A DNA stretch of 64,000 bases from Calditrichaceae bacterium (GTDB lineage: Bacteria > Calditrichota > Calditrichia > Calditrichales > JBFXGD01), in contig JBFXLE010000014.1 in NCBI GenBank assembly GCA_050173015.1, positions 36,474 to 100,473 of the forward strand, read 5' to 3'. Both the position numbers and the translations under genes were made by a program. The notes below the pieces were generated by a model, which searched no databases, was not told the origin of the DNA, and was given only the letters and a program-made list of their open reading frames with translations. This document shows positions 49,225-59,209 of this stretch, piece after piece; position 1 is the first letter of the stretch; each line of letters begins with the position of its first letter.

Positions 49225-52200
49225 ATGAGAAAATTTTCTACAGCTCTACTATTTATTTTAATGGCCGGTAATCTATTTGCAACCGACAAAAGTGGAACCA
49301 TAACCGCTGAAACCTGGACCCTTGCCGGGTCGCCTTATCATATAACGGGCAACATTAAAGTGGTAAATCTCACTATCGAGCCTGGTGTCTCTGTTTTGTT
49401 TAAGGGTGACTATGATTTTAATATTGAAGGTATTTTTAAAGCAGTAGGGACCGCTGAGGATTCGATTATTTTTAAAAATGATCCGACCTATACGGGTGGC
49501 TGGACAGGCATCAATTTTAAATCTGCGTATCTGGGTTCTGAAATGGCTTTTTGCAGCATAAAAGACGGAAAAGATTATGGGGTTCTGACTAATGAGGATA
49601 TAGATCTGACTATTAGAAATTCAAATATTTCAAACAATGGAGGAAAAGGGGTTTATGTTAAAGGAAAAACAACGAATATTTTCAAATGTACTATAAAAAA
49701 TAACGCAAGTGACGGAATATTATTAGATAGTCAGTCAAACGCGATCGTATCTAATTGTATTATTTCGAACAATAGAAACGGAATCTATACCAATGACGGA
49801 AAGGCAACCCTCAAAAATACTGTCATATCTTATCAGACCTCTTGGGGAATATACCTTCAAAATGGTAATGATGTTGTTAATGTAATCAACTCAACAATTG
49901 TCTATAACTATCTGAATGGTATTTTTAAAGCCAGTGGTACAATAAGTGTAAATAATTCTATCGTATATTTTAACAATAATTCAAATAATCAAATCACCCC
50001 GCTCGATCTTCCGGTTACCTACAGCGCTGTTCAATTCGGTTATTCAGGTACGGGGAACATAGGCAACCTTGTTGAAGATCCGTATTTTGAAGATAATACG
50101 ACTTTTAAACTTCTTGAAAATTCAGCCTGTATCGACATGGGTGATCCGGATGTTTCCTATAATGATCTCTATTTTCCGCCTTCTCACAAACTGACCAGAA
50201 ATGATATGGGCGCTTATGGCGGTCCGGATGCCGGTTTTTGGTACGAACCACTATTTATAACAAAAGAGTCGATTGATTATGGTAAGGTTCGCCGGGATAG
50301 CACAAAAACCGAAACAATAACCGTAAAAAATTATGGCGATTCTCTTTTGACAGTCTCATCCATCATTCTCTCAGGGGCTGACCCGACGCAGTTTTCAGTG
50401 AATGTCAGTCCATTCTCTTTAAATCCCAGGGACAGTCTGGTTGTCATCATAAATTTTACCCCGGAAGGTACAAACTCTTATTCCGTCGGACTTGACCTCT
50501 CCAGCAACAGTGGCAACACTTCAATTCCACTCAGCGGAACGGGGGTAATCCCGCAAATCCATGTGGCACAGGATTTAATTCTGTTCGGAGAAATTAAAGT
50601 CGGAAATTCAGGCTCAGAAGAGCTGAGCATTATAAATATGGGACAGGATACCTTAGTAATAAACAGCATTGAAGCCTCTCTACCAGAATTCAGCTCAGAT
50701 ACCACATCCGGGACCATTGCCCCCGGCGGTTTGATGAATATTCATGTTATATTTATGCCAGATAATTATGGAAACTATGACGGTATTTTATCCATATACA
50801 GCAATGATCCGGACCGCAGCCGGCTGGATGTCACAGTGAGGGGAACCGGACTGGCCCCGAATATTGCCGTGGCTCCGGATTCGGTTAAATTCGGAAATAT
50901 TGCCGTAAAAGACAGCTCGCAATTTTCCGCTTATGTACTAAATTCGGGAAACGACGATTTACAAGTCGATTCCATCGGTATTTATGGATTAGATACTGGT
51001 TATTTTTCAATTTTCAATAATCCGGCCCCGTTCATTTTATCAGCTGGAGGCCCAAATATTGAAGTTCAGGTTAAATTTCTGCCGGATACTATAAAAGATT
51101 TTTCGGCGTCGCTTGATTTTTATAGCAATGATCCGGATCAGGCCATTCGTAAAATTCACCTTAATGGATCAGGAATCGCGCCTTACCTGACGACAGACAG
51201 CGATAGCCTGATCTTCGGAAATATTATCGTGGACAGAGATTCTGTGATGTCTGTATCTGTAAGTAACGAAGGTAATAGTTCTCTTGTTGTTGAGAGCACA
51301 GATGTTACGGGTGTTAATCCGGATGACTATACAATCGTTGGCGGCGAGGGGGCTTTTACGCTTGAGCCCGATGATCCCGCGCGTCAAATAGTCATTAATT
51401 TCCATCCTGTTTCCGAAGGAGTGAAAAACGCTCAGCTTAATATAAACAGCAATGATCCATTCAAACCCGTCACTGCCATTGCTCTTGAAGGTGTGGCTCT
51501 CCAGCCGGATATTTCAGTCACTCCGGATTCCCTGAATTTTGGAGCGCTTGAGCTACGCAGCGACTCGGTTATGACGGTCAGTGTCAGCAATATCGGAATA
51601 AATGATCTGGAAGTGCTGGACACACAACTTGAAGGCGAAGATGCCGGGGAATTTTCGATTTTTAGCGGTGGAGGAGCGTTTAGTCTGCCGGTGGGCAGCG
51701 ATCCGCATCAGATAATGCTCCGGTTTGCTCCAACAGAAGACGGGGATAAGGAAGCGGTATTAAAAATTACCAGTAATGATCATATCCTGGAAACAATACG
51801 ATTACCGCTCAAAGGCAAGGGCGTTGCTCCGGTAATGGTGATCGATACCCTGGAGCTCGATTTCGGCACCGTCCATATGGATTCAGACACCACAGTTCAT
51901 CTGTTGATCACCAACAGCGGGTCTGCTGAGTTGTTTATCGACAGCACCATCATATCCGGACTTAACGCGGATGATTATATAATAACGCGGGGGCAAGCGC
52001 CTTTATCTGTTCAAAAAAATGATGGAACCGATACGATAGCGGTTAAATTCCATCCGGTAAACGGTGGTGAGCGTCTGGCAAATCTTACGATTGTAACGAA
52101 TGATCCGGAAAATTCAAGGGTAAATGTCCTGTTAAAAGGAAAATCCTTCACTACCGGCAAATCATTAATTGTATCGGATCAAAATGGAGAAATAAGTTTT

Positions 52201-54078
52201 GGAGAAGTTCTGATCAGTCTGGAAAATACGCGGGAAATAAACGTCTCAAATTATGGAACGAATGATCTTGTGATTGACAGCGTTCGATTCAACGGATTGA
52301 ATACGACTGAATTCTCATTAGAGGAACAGACCTTTCCAATCGTTCTGACAATGAATGACGATCCGCGGAATTTTAAGATATATTTTTCTCCTTTAACAGC
52401 GGGACAAAAAACAGCCGATCTTCTCATCTACAGTAATGATACAGCCAATAATCCGTTACCTGTCGCGCTGACAGGATGGGGAAAAATCGATGATACGCCG
52501 GCAAATTTTGTTTTCAATCCGGCCGCGGTTTTATTGACCATGGACAGTACATATACTTTTCAAATTGGTATTTCTGATGATGAAACCGAAGTCGAATCGG
52601 TAGATTTGTGTATCCGTAAGGGTGGGGAGTTCAATTTTCAACGGTTATCCCTTAACGAATCAACACAGGATCTCTGGTCCGTCCAAATTGACGGGCAGTA
52701 TATTACATCACGAGGAATTGAATACTATTTTGAAGCCGTTCACGGAGGGGGAAAAAGCTTGTATCCGGAGAATGGTTCGGAAAATCCGGCGGTTGCCACT
52801 GTTTCTATACCTGCAATGAATTTTCCGGGACTTACTCAGCAAAACACGTATCAAAAGATTTCTTTTCCGGCTAACACCGGTGGTAAAATGCTCAAAGATT
52901 TACTTTTGGATGATCTTGGTGAATATGATAATTCAAAATACAGATTGTTTGACTGGGATATTTCAAGTGAATCATATGTCGAATTAACCGATATGAATAA
53001 AATTGTTCAGACGGGCAAGGCATTTTGGCTGATTACAAAAGAACAAACACAGCTCGATCTTGAGAATTGTCAGTCATCAAATACGGGAAGCGATTATTCA
53101 ATTACACTCAAAAAAGGGTGGAATATGATCGGTAATCCGTTTGCTTTCCGGGTTGACTGGGCTGCAATAAATACATCCGCGATTCAGGGCGGGACACTCA
53201 ACTATTATAATGGAACCGGGTGGGAAGCAGCTTCTGATCTTCAACCGTTCAAAGGATACGCGGTTTACGCGATGAATGATACGGTGTTAAATATTCCCGC
53301 TGTTGAAGGTACGGCTTCGAAATCTAAACTGAGTCAGAGTGAAACTGCTCAGAAAGAATGGTATTTTCAGATTAGAGCCGCTAAGGGAAAATACAAAGAT
53401 GATAATAATTACGCCGGAGCGCGATCGGGAGCTTTGAATGCAAGAGACCGATTGGATATTCTGGAGCCGCCGGTAATTGGTGATTATGTCTCCCTGTTCT
53501 TCGAATCGGAAGATGAAAATGATCCGGGTAAATTCATGGGAGATTTCAGGACTCCTGAGGAGGAAGGGTATTCCTTTGATTTTCGGGTGGTCAGTAACTT
53601 TTCCGGAACGACCGAAATACAAGTTGATCCCGTTAATCTTCCGGAATATTATGAATGGATATTGGTTTCGCCGGAATCAAAAATTATTTATCCGAACGGA
53701 ATAATTCAGACCGATCGGTCAGAGAAAAATTACCGTCTTGTCGTGGGTTCAAAATCATATTTAGACGGTGTGTCAGCTGATTTTCTTGAGCTGCCGGTAG
53801 CGTTTAAACTGAATCAGAATTACCCGAATCCGTTTAATCCCGAAACCAATGTCAGGTTTGAACTGCCAATCGAAGGAATCGTATCTGTTGATATCTATGA
53901 TATACTTGGCCGACGGGTAAAAAATATTTATGGCAATGAATTTATGGAAGCCGGATATCATAAGATTATCTGGGACGGCAGTAACAATACAGGACAAAAA
54001 GCCGCGAGCGGTATTTATTTTCTGCATTTAAAGGCCGGACAATATTCAAAAACAATAAAGATGATATTGCAGAGATAG
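49225..54078 (+). CDS. Large secreted protein: right-handed beta-helix, seven ASH/choice-of-anchor-D Ig repeats, FlgD-Ig/T9SS-type C-terminal domain
   Basis: Signal peptide; WTLAGSPY + parallel beta-helix repeats; 7x FG...N.G...L...F.P...SNDP...L.G.G; LNQNYPNPFNPET..IYDILG..WDG..SGIYF. Confidence 0.88.
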   Translation: MRKFSTALLFILMAGNLFATDKSGTITAETWTLAGSPYHITGNIKVVNLTIEPGVSVLFKGDYDFNIEGIFKAVGTAEDSIIFKNDPTYTGGWTGINFKSAYLGSEMAFCSIKDGKDYGVLTNEDIDLTIRNSNISNNGGKGVYVKGKTTNIFKCTIKNNASDGILLDSQSNAIVSNCIISNNRNGIYTNDGKATLKNTVISYQTSWGIYLQNGNDVVNVINSTIVYNYLNGIFKASGTISVNNSIVYFNNNSNNQITPLDLPVTYSAVQFGYSGTGNIGNLVEDPYFEDNTTFKLLENSACIDMGDPDVSYNDLYFPPSHKLTRNDMGAYGGPDAGFWYEPLFITKESIDYGKVRRDSTKTETITVKNYGDSLLTVSSIILSGADPTQFSVNVSPFSLNPRDSLVVIINFTPEGTNSYSVGLDLSSNSGNTSIPLSGTGVIPQIHVAQDLILFGEIKVGNSGSEELSIINMGQDTLVINSIEASLPEFSSDTTSGTIAPGGLMNIHVIFMPDNYGNYDGILSIYSNDPDRSRLDVTVRGTGLAPNIAVAPDSVKFGNIAVKDSSQFSAYVLNSGNDDLQVDSIGIYGLDTGYFSIFNNPAPFILSAGGPNIEVQVKFLPDTIKDFSASLDFYSNDPDQAIRKIHLNGSGIAPYLTTDSDSLIFGNIIVDRDSVMSVSVSNEGNSSLVVESTDVTGVNPDDYTIVGGEGAFTLEPDDPARQIVINFHPVSEGVKNAQLNINSNDPFKPVTAIALEGVALQPDISVTPDSLNFGALELRSDSVMTVSVSNIGINDLEVLDTQLEGEDAGEFSIFSGGGAFSLPVGSDPHQIMLRFAPTEDGDKEAVLKITSNDHILETIRLPLKGKGVAPVMVIDTLELDFGTVHMDSDTTVHLLITNSGSAELFIDSTIISGLNADDYIITRGQAPLSVQKNDGTDTIAVKFHPVNGGERLANLTIVTNDPENSRVNVLLKGKSFTTGKSLIVSDQNGEISFGEVLISLENTREINVSNYGTNDLVIDSVRFNGLNTTEFSLEEQTFPIVLTMNDDPRNFKIYFSPLTAGQKTADLLIYSNDTANNPLPVALTGWGKIDDTPANFVFNPAAVLLTMDSTYTFQIGISDDETEVESVDLCIRKGGEFNFQRLSLNESTQDLWSVQIDGQYITSRGIEYYFEAVHGGGKSLYPENGSENPAVATVSIPAMNFPGLTQQNTYQKISFPANTGGKMLKDLLLDDLGEYDNSKYRLFDWDISSESYVELTDMNKIVQTGKAFWLITKEQTQLDLENCQSSNTGSDYSITLKKGWNMIGNPFAFRVDWAAINTSAIQGGTLNYYNGTGWEAASDLQPFKGYAVYAMNDTVLNIPAVEGTASKSKLSQSETAQKEWYFQIRAAKGKYKDDNNYAGARSGALNARDRLDILEPPVIGDYVSLFFESEDENDPGKFMGDFRTPEEEGYSFDFRVVSNFSGTTEIQVDPVNLPEYYEWILVSPESKIIYPNGIIQTDRSEKNYRLVVGSKSYLDGVSADFLELPVAFKLNQNYPNPFNPETNVRFELPIEGIVSVDIYDILGRRVKNIYGNEFMEAGYHKIIWDGSNNTGQKAASGIYFLHLKAGQYSKTIKMILQR

Positions 54079-54174
54079 GTGAGAAGGAACTCAATTTAAT
54101 CAAACTCACGGACGAATCTACCGTGTACTAAGGGATCATATTGATCTGAAACCGGTGAATCTGGGGTAAAATTA

Positions 54175-56874
54175 ATGGCATTGTTTTCAGATGGCACATT
54201 CCGAAAAAAGGCTGGTTTATCAATGACCGGCGGGCTGATTTCAATATTTATTTTTTTGCTGATATTTTTCTTTTTAAATTTAAGCTTCACTTCTTCTCCA
54301 GTCAGAAATCTGTTGTTTATAGCATACGCGCTTCTGGGAATTCTTTCCGCTGCCGTCTATTTGCTGACAATCGGTCAATATCGTAAGATTAGCGCGGATG
54401 TGGCTCAGGTCGCGTTTCTTGTTATCGCGGGAGGGGTACTTTCCTTCCTAAATTTAAAAGTTCCTGTTGATAACGCCGTATTTTACCACAGTGGTTTGAT
54501 GATTCTGATTCTATCAGGATATTTGCTATTCCGATTCAAAATAAAAACAGCCAATGCTGCCGGCTGGCTCATCTTTATCGTGTACAATTTCATAAATATC
54601 GGAAATAATGGCATTCAGATAGCTTCAATTGTTTACGTGAATTTCTTTCTGATTATGGCCAATCTGGTGGGGATGTATGTCAGATATTTCGGATTGGGAG
54701 CGGGAAAAGGAAATATTATACATTCCCGGTTGGATGAGAATGACGATATTGTGAATATAGATACCTCTTCTCAGTTATCGGATCTGAATCACGAGCTCGC
54801 GCTGACAAAATCGACGATGCAGGTCGAACGTCTTATCAGCTCCTTAGCGATGCGGTTTATAGCGCTTCCTCCTGAGAAGATAGAGGATATGATTCGCCAG
54901 AGTCTGAATTTATTGGCCGGATTTACAAGCGCTGATCGCGCCTATATATATGTATTTCGAAACCATGGCGCAGATCTGGAAATTGCGTACGAATGGTGCG
55001 GGGAAGGGATTAATCCAAAAATCAGCAGGCATGAACGTGTAAACAGTGATGACTTTAGCTGGTTTATGAATACCATTCAAAGCGATGGGAAAATACAATT
55101 TTCCGGTATCAATGAACTGCCGCCGGCCGCGAGTACGGTAAGAGCTATTTTTAGCGTGGAAGGTGTCAAATCCTTAATAATCGCGCCCATAATCTCTAAA
55201 AAAAGGTTGATTGGCCTGGTAGGAATTGACTCGGTTAAAGAAGAAAAGAGATGGCCGCAAACGACCATTCACCTGGTTAAAAACGCGGGACGACTATTTG
55301 ATGGCGCGTTGGAACGCAAGAAGGTCAATGACCGGAGAAAACGTACAGAAGAGCGTTTACGCACATTGTTTGAGCGTTCCGAAGATGTTGTCTTTATCAG
55401 TACGCCGGAAGGCAAAATAATAGATATAAATCCATCAGGAGCGCGTTTGTTCGGGTACTCTTCCATTGATGAGCTCAGGCAGGTTGATATTTCGAAAAAA
55501 CTTTTTTATGATCCGGAACAAAGAGTGCAATACCATAAAATGTTGGAAAAGCATGGTCATGTCCGGGATTTCGAATTAACTCTGAAGTCAAAGGACGGTC
55601 AAAAATTAGTTGTTCTTGAGACCACAACCGCAGTTAAAGACGAAACAGGAAAAATTGTGGCTTATGAGGGGATCATGCGGGATGTTACAGAGAGAAAAAA
55701 ACTCGAGCAGCAGCTTTTGCAAGCTCAAAAAATGGAATCGATCGGTCTGCTTGCCGGCGGGGTGGCGCATGACTTTAATAACATTCTGACGGCGATTAAC
55801 GGGTACGCGGATATGATGCTGATGAAAATGGATCCCACCAATCCGGCGTATGGTGATTTGATGAATATCGTCAGAGGCGGTAAACGCGCGGAAAGGCTTA
55901 CCCGGCAGCTTCTGGCATTTAGCAGAAAACAGGTTATCGAGCCCAGAATCATAGACATAAATAAATTGATTTTGGATCTGGATAATATGCTGAGAAGATT
56001 AATCGGTGAAGATATTCAAATTGAGACATGTTTAAAAGAAGACGTTTCTCATATAAAAGCCGATCCCGGGCAGATCGAACAAGTTTTGGTCAACCTTGTG
56101 ATCAACGCGACCTATGCGATCAACCAAAATAAAAATCTTAATGCTGACAAAAAAATCACCATTGGCACAGAGCAGGTAAAACTGGATGAGCCTTTTGTAA
56201 GAATGCATCCGGGCAGCAAAAAAGGGAATCATGTAGTGATATCCGTGAGAGACACGGGTGTCGGAATGGATGAAGAAACAAAAAATAAAATATTTGAACC
56301 GTTCTTTACCACAAAACAAAAGAATAAGGGAACTGGACTTGGCCTTTCCACCGTTTATGGGATTGTAAAACAAAATGACGGTAGCGTTTATGTGGAAAGC
56401 GAAGTTGGCAAGGGATCGGTTTTTAAAATATACTGGCAGGCGACAGAGAAGGAAGCAAGTCCGGATACATTTTATGAGATTAGTGATTCAAAATCTGTAG
56501 TGAGTGAAACCATTCTGGTCGTGGAAGATGATGAAGATGTACGCGATCTGGCCTGCTCTTACTTAAAGATTCTTGGATACAATGTAATGGAAGCGCAGAA
56601 TGGGGTGAAAGCGCTGGATATGATGCGGGACAATGATCCTGATACAAGGGTGGATCTGCTTTTTTCGGATATTGTGATGCCTGAAATGGGCGGAGAAGAG
56701 CTGGCAAAAAAAATAAGAGCGATGATCCCGGAAATTAAAATAATTTTAACATCTGGTTATACCGACAGTCAAATGCTTCATGGGGAAACCTTAAGAAAAG
56801 GAATTAGTTTTCTCTCGAAACCATACACAATTGAAGAGATGAAGAAAAAAATCCGCTCTGTGCTGGATAATTAG
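54175..56874 (+). CDS. Membrane hybrid histidine kinase (TM, GAF, PAS, HisKA, HATPase, REC)
   Basis: About 6 TM; GAF (ADRAYIY..YEWC), [27 protein letters not shown] (LVVEDD..SDIVMP..KP). Confidence 0.92.
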   Translation: MALFSDGTFRKKAGLSMTGGLISIFIFLLIFFFLNLSFTSSPVRNLLFIAYALLGILSAAVYLLTIGQYRKISADVAQVAFLVIAGGVLSFLNLKVPVDNAVFYHSGLMILILSGYLLFRFKIKTANAAGWLIFIVYNFINIGNNGIQIASIVYVNFFLIMANLVGMYVRYFGLGAGKGNIIHSRLDENDDIVNIDTSSQLSDLNHELALTKSTMQVERLISSLAMRFIALPPEKIEDMIRQSLNLLAGFTSADRAYIYVFRNHGADLEIAYEWCGEGINPKISRHERVNSDDFSWFMNTIQSDGKIQFSGINELPPAASTVRAIFSVEGVKSLIIAPIISKKRLIGLVGIDSVKEEKRWPQTTIHLVKNAGRLFDGALERKKVNDRRKRTEERLRTLFERSEDVVFISTPEGKIIDINPSGARLFGYSSIDELRQVDISKKLFYDPEQRVQYHKMLEKHGHVRDFELTLKSKDGQKLVVLETTTAVKDETGKIVAYEGIMRDVTERKKLEQQLLQAQKMESIGLLAGGVAHDFNNILTAINGYADMMLMKMDPTNPAYGDLMNIVRGGKRAERLTRQLLAFSRKQVIEPRIIDINKLILDLDNMLRRLIGEDIQIETCLKEDVSHIKADPGQIEQVLVNLVINATYAINQNKNLNADKKITIGTEQVKLDEPFVRMHPGSKKGNHVVISVRDTGVGMDEETKNKIFEPFFTTKQKNKGTGLGLSTVYGIVKQNDGSVYVESEVGKGSVFKIYWQATEKEASPDTFYEISDSKSVVSETILVVEDDEDVRDLACSYLKILGYNVMEAQNGVKALDMMRDNDPDTRVDLLFSDIVMPEMGGEELAKKIRAMIPEIKIILTSGYTDSQMLHGETLRKGISFLSKPYTIEEMKKKIRSVLDN

Positions 56875-56948
56875 TGTGACTTTTTTGGACATATATTAAT
56901 GGTGGAGTTCAATATTTTTGTTATTTGTAAGATAAAATTTTAAATCGA

Positions 56949-56977
56949 TTGACATCCTGCCCGTTTGGTTTTATACT
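56949..56977 (+). promoter_or_regulatory. Near-consensus sigma70 promoter upstream of the AraC gene
   Basis: TTGACA(56949-56954)-17 bp-TATACT(56972-56977). Confidence 0.7.
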
Positions 56978-57257
56978 TTTATAAGTCAATTTGTAAAGTA
57001 TTTTTTAATCCTGCCTACTGCTCTGCCTTACTGGATTATTTATCGGCCGTTTGGTTTGTGTGTGGTCTTTTGTGTTTGACTTGACGGAACTGTTTGTTCT
57101 TTATGGATCTTTTTGGATAGAGAGTCATGTGTAAATTGGAATAAACAAAATCTATTCATAACCCTGCAAGGGAGGCAATATAGTTCTCATCGTCAATGAC
57201 GGATAAAATACCAATGAGCTCTGAAGTAGAAAATATATTTTTTTAGAAAAGTCCAAA

Positions 57258-57581
57258 ATGGAAAACACAGTTAAAAAAGCCAAACAGATTATCCACACAC
57301 AATATCAAGAGATACAAAGTGTTAAGGAAATTACAAATACGCTTGGTTGTAATTACCATACGCTACGGTCTGTTTTTGTCCGTGAGACAGGTTATACGTT
57401 AGTGTCCTACCTTAATAAAATAAGGTGTCTGTATGCGGCAATTATATTAAAAACAACAAACAAGAAATTGTACCAAATTGCAATTGAAGTGGGTTTCAAT
57501 AATGAGAGTTATTTCATTAAGGTTTTTAAAAAATATCAGGGAAAATGTCCTGATGAATACAGGAGGAAATTTTCAGAATAA
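57258..57581 (+). CDS. Stand-alone AraC-family HTH regulator (no effector domain)
   Basis: F..ETG.TL..YL..IR...A..L, IA.EVGFNNESYF.KVFKK..G..P.EYR; 107 aa. Confidence 0.9.
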   Translation: MENTVKKAKQIIHTQYQEIQSVKEITNTLGCNYHTLRSVFVRETGYTLVSYLNKIRCLYAAIILKTTNKKLYQIAIEVGFNNESYFIKVFKKYQGKCPDEYRRKFSE

Positions 57582-57777
57582 ATTTTATATAGATTGTTTA
57601 GTCAATAATTACCATCAAAATTTACAATCAAAAAATGCAATGTTTTCTTGTTGATTTTTCTACTTAATAAACCTATAATTTATTTCAAAGGTCCATTCTT
57701 GAATGAACTTATCATATTTTAGCATTGGAAACTAAAACATTCTAGTTATAAATATTTTTGATATACGGATTAATCAT

Positions 57778-59199
57778 ATGAGAAAAAATAAAATTATTTT
57801 AATCAACACTGGTTTGGATGGCTGTTTCAAAGAAAGTCTCAGAGAAAAATATAATTATCCACCATATGGCTTACTTAATATCGCTTCAATGTTATCTATG
57901 CACGGTTACAATGTAACTTTGTTTGATTTTTTTTCTGAATCTATTAGTAAGTCAATATTTACTGAAAAATTGATAAAAGACTCGCAGAATATATTAGCTA
58001 TAGGTATTTCAACATATACTGAAAGTTTCCATTTAGCAATTTCGATAGCAGATATTATTAAACAAACATTGCCAAAAACAAAAATTATTTTGGGAGGTGT
58101 ACATGTTTCGTTTAAACCTAATGAGGGATTGGAAAGTAATGATATCGATTTTATTGTAAGAGGTGAGGGTGAATCAAAAATAATTCCTTTATTAGAACAT
58201 ATAAAATATCCAAATATTATAAGTCCTTATAAACTCAGGGGAATATCATTTAAAAATAGAGAAGGGAAAATAGTCCATACAGATAATATTGGGTACGTAA
58301 ATCGACTTGACTGTTTACCTCTCCCGTCTTATTACCTCATTGCACATAGTCAAGTTTATTCAGATACCCTGTCTATAGTTTCAAGCCGTGGTTGTCCAGG
58401 GAAATGTAATTTTTGTGCATCAAGAGAATTCAATGGTAAAAAATTCAGAATGCACTCTGCAATATGGATATTTTCTCTTCTATATTATTATTTCAACAAA
58501 ATAAATAAATTTAAAATTATAGATTTTATGGATGACGCCTTTACTGTAAACAAGAGAAGAGTAAAACATTTATTTAATATTCTTGAATTTAATAAATGTA
58601 ATTACATATGGACCTGCAAAAGTAGAACTGACTCTTTAGATGAATCTTTAATAAAGCTTCTTGCTCAGAATGGTTGTAAGTCAATACACCTTGGAATTGA
58701 AAGTAGTGATCAGAAAATATTAAACTCTATTGATAAAAGTATTACTCACGAAAGAAATTTAGAGATTATAAAATTATGTTATAAATATTCTATACGAGTT
58801 GAATGTTCATTCATGATAGGTTTACCAAAAGACACAAAAGAAACGATTGATAAGACTTTAATCTTTGCATCTGAAATCTCAGCCGCAAGAATAGGTTTAA
58901 CCTATGTTGGAATAGCAACTCCATTTCCAGGAACAAAAATATATGAAAATTCTAAATTGAATGGAATGAAGTTTTTAAATTCTAATTGGAAAAATTATAC
59001 AACTCGAAAACCAATTTATTATACCGACAACTTCTCCATAGAGGATTTAAGAAATGCATATCATTATTTTAATTTTGATAAAATAAAGTTAAAAGGAGAT
59101 AATATTATTTCTAAAATTAACCTCTCAGATTTTAAAAGGGGAATACAATTATGGATAAAAGAAGTAATTGAGTGTAAAATGAGTGTCCAAAAAAAGTGA
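57778..59199 (+). CDS. Cobalamin-binding radical SAM protein (class B methyltransferase-like)
   Basis: PPYGLL.IAS.L and GGVH B12 domain; SRGCPGKCNFC; DDAFT; GIES; TPFPGT. Confidence 0.92.
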   Translation: MRKNKIILINTGLDGCFKESLREKYNYPPYGLLNIASMLSMHGYNVTLFDFFSESISKSIFTEKLIKDSQNILAIGISTYTESFHLAISIADIIKQTLPKTKIILGGVHVSFKPNEGLESNDIDFIVRGEGESKIIPLLEHIKYPNIISPYKLRGISFKNREGKIVHTDNIGYVNRLDCLPLPSYYLIAHSQVYSDTLSIVSSRGCPGKCNFCASREFNGKKFRMHSAIWIFSLLYYYFNKINKFKIIDFMDDAFTVNKRRVKHLFNILEFNKCNYIWTCKSRTDSLDESLIKLLAQNGCKSIHLGIESSDQKILNSIDKSITHERNLEIIKLCYKYSIRVECSFMIGLPKDTKETIDKTLIFASEISAARIGLTYVGIATPFPGTKIYENSKLNGMKFLNSNWKNYTTRKPIYYTDNFSIEDLRNAYHYFNFDKIKLKGDNIISKINLSDFKRGIQLWIKEVIECKMSVQKK

Positions 59200-59209
59200 G
59201 TAAAACATT

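Noticed and set aside
398-56707. Numerous 60-190-aa antisense or alternate-frame ORFs in the track (e.g. 9254-9829, 5024-5296, 37948-38352)
   Set aside because: They shadow well-supported genes and carry no recognisable motifs
57036-57128. 30-aa minus-strand ORF (MTLYPKRSIKNK...) as RiPP precursor
   Set aside because: Opposite strand, no RBS, and no leader/double-Gly pattern or plausible core
56875-57777. Integrase, tRNA or att site at the AT-rich island edge
   Set aside because: None recognised; horizontal origin rests on base composition alone
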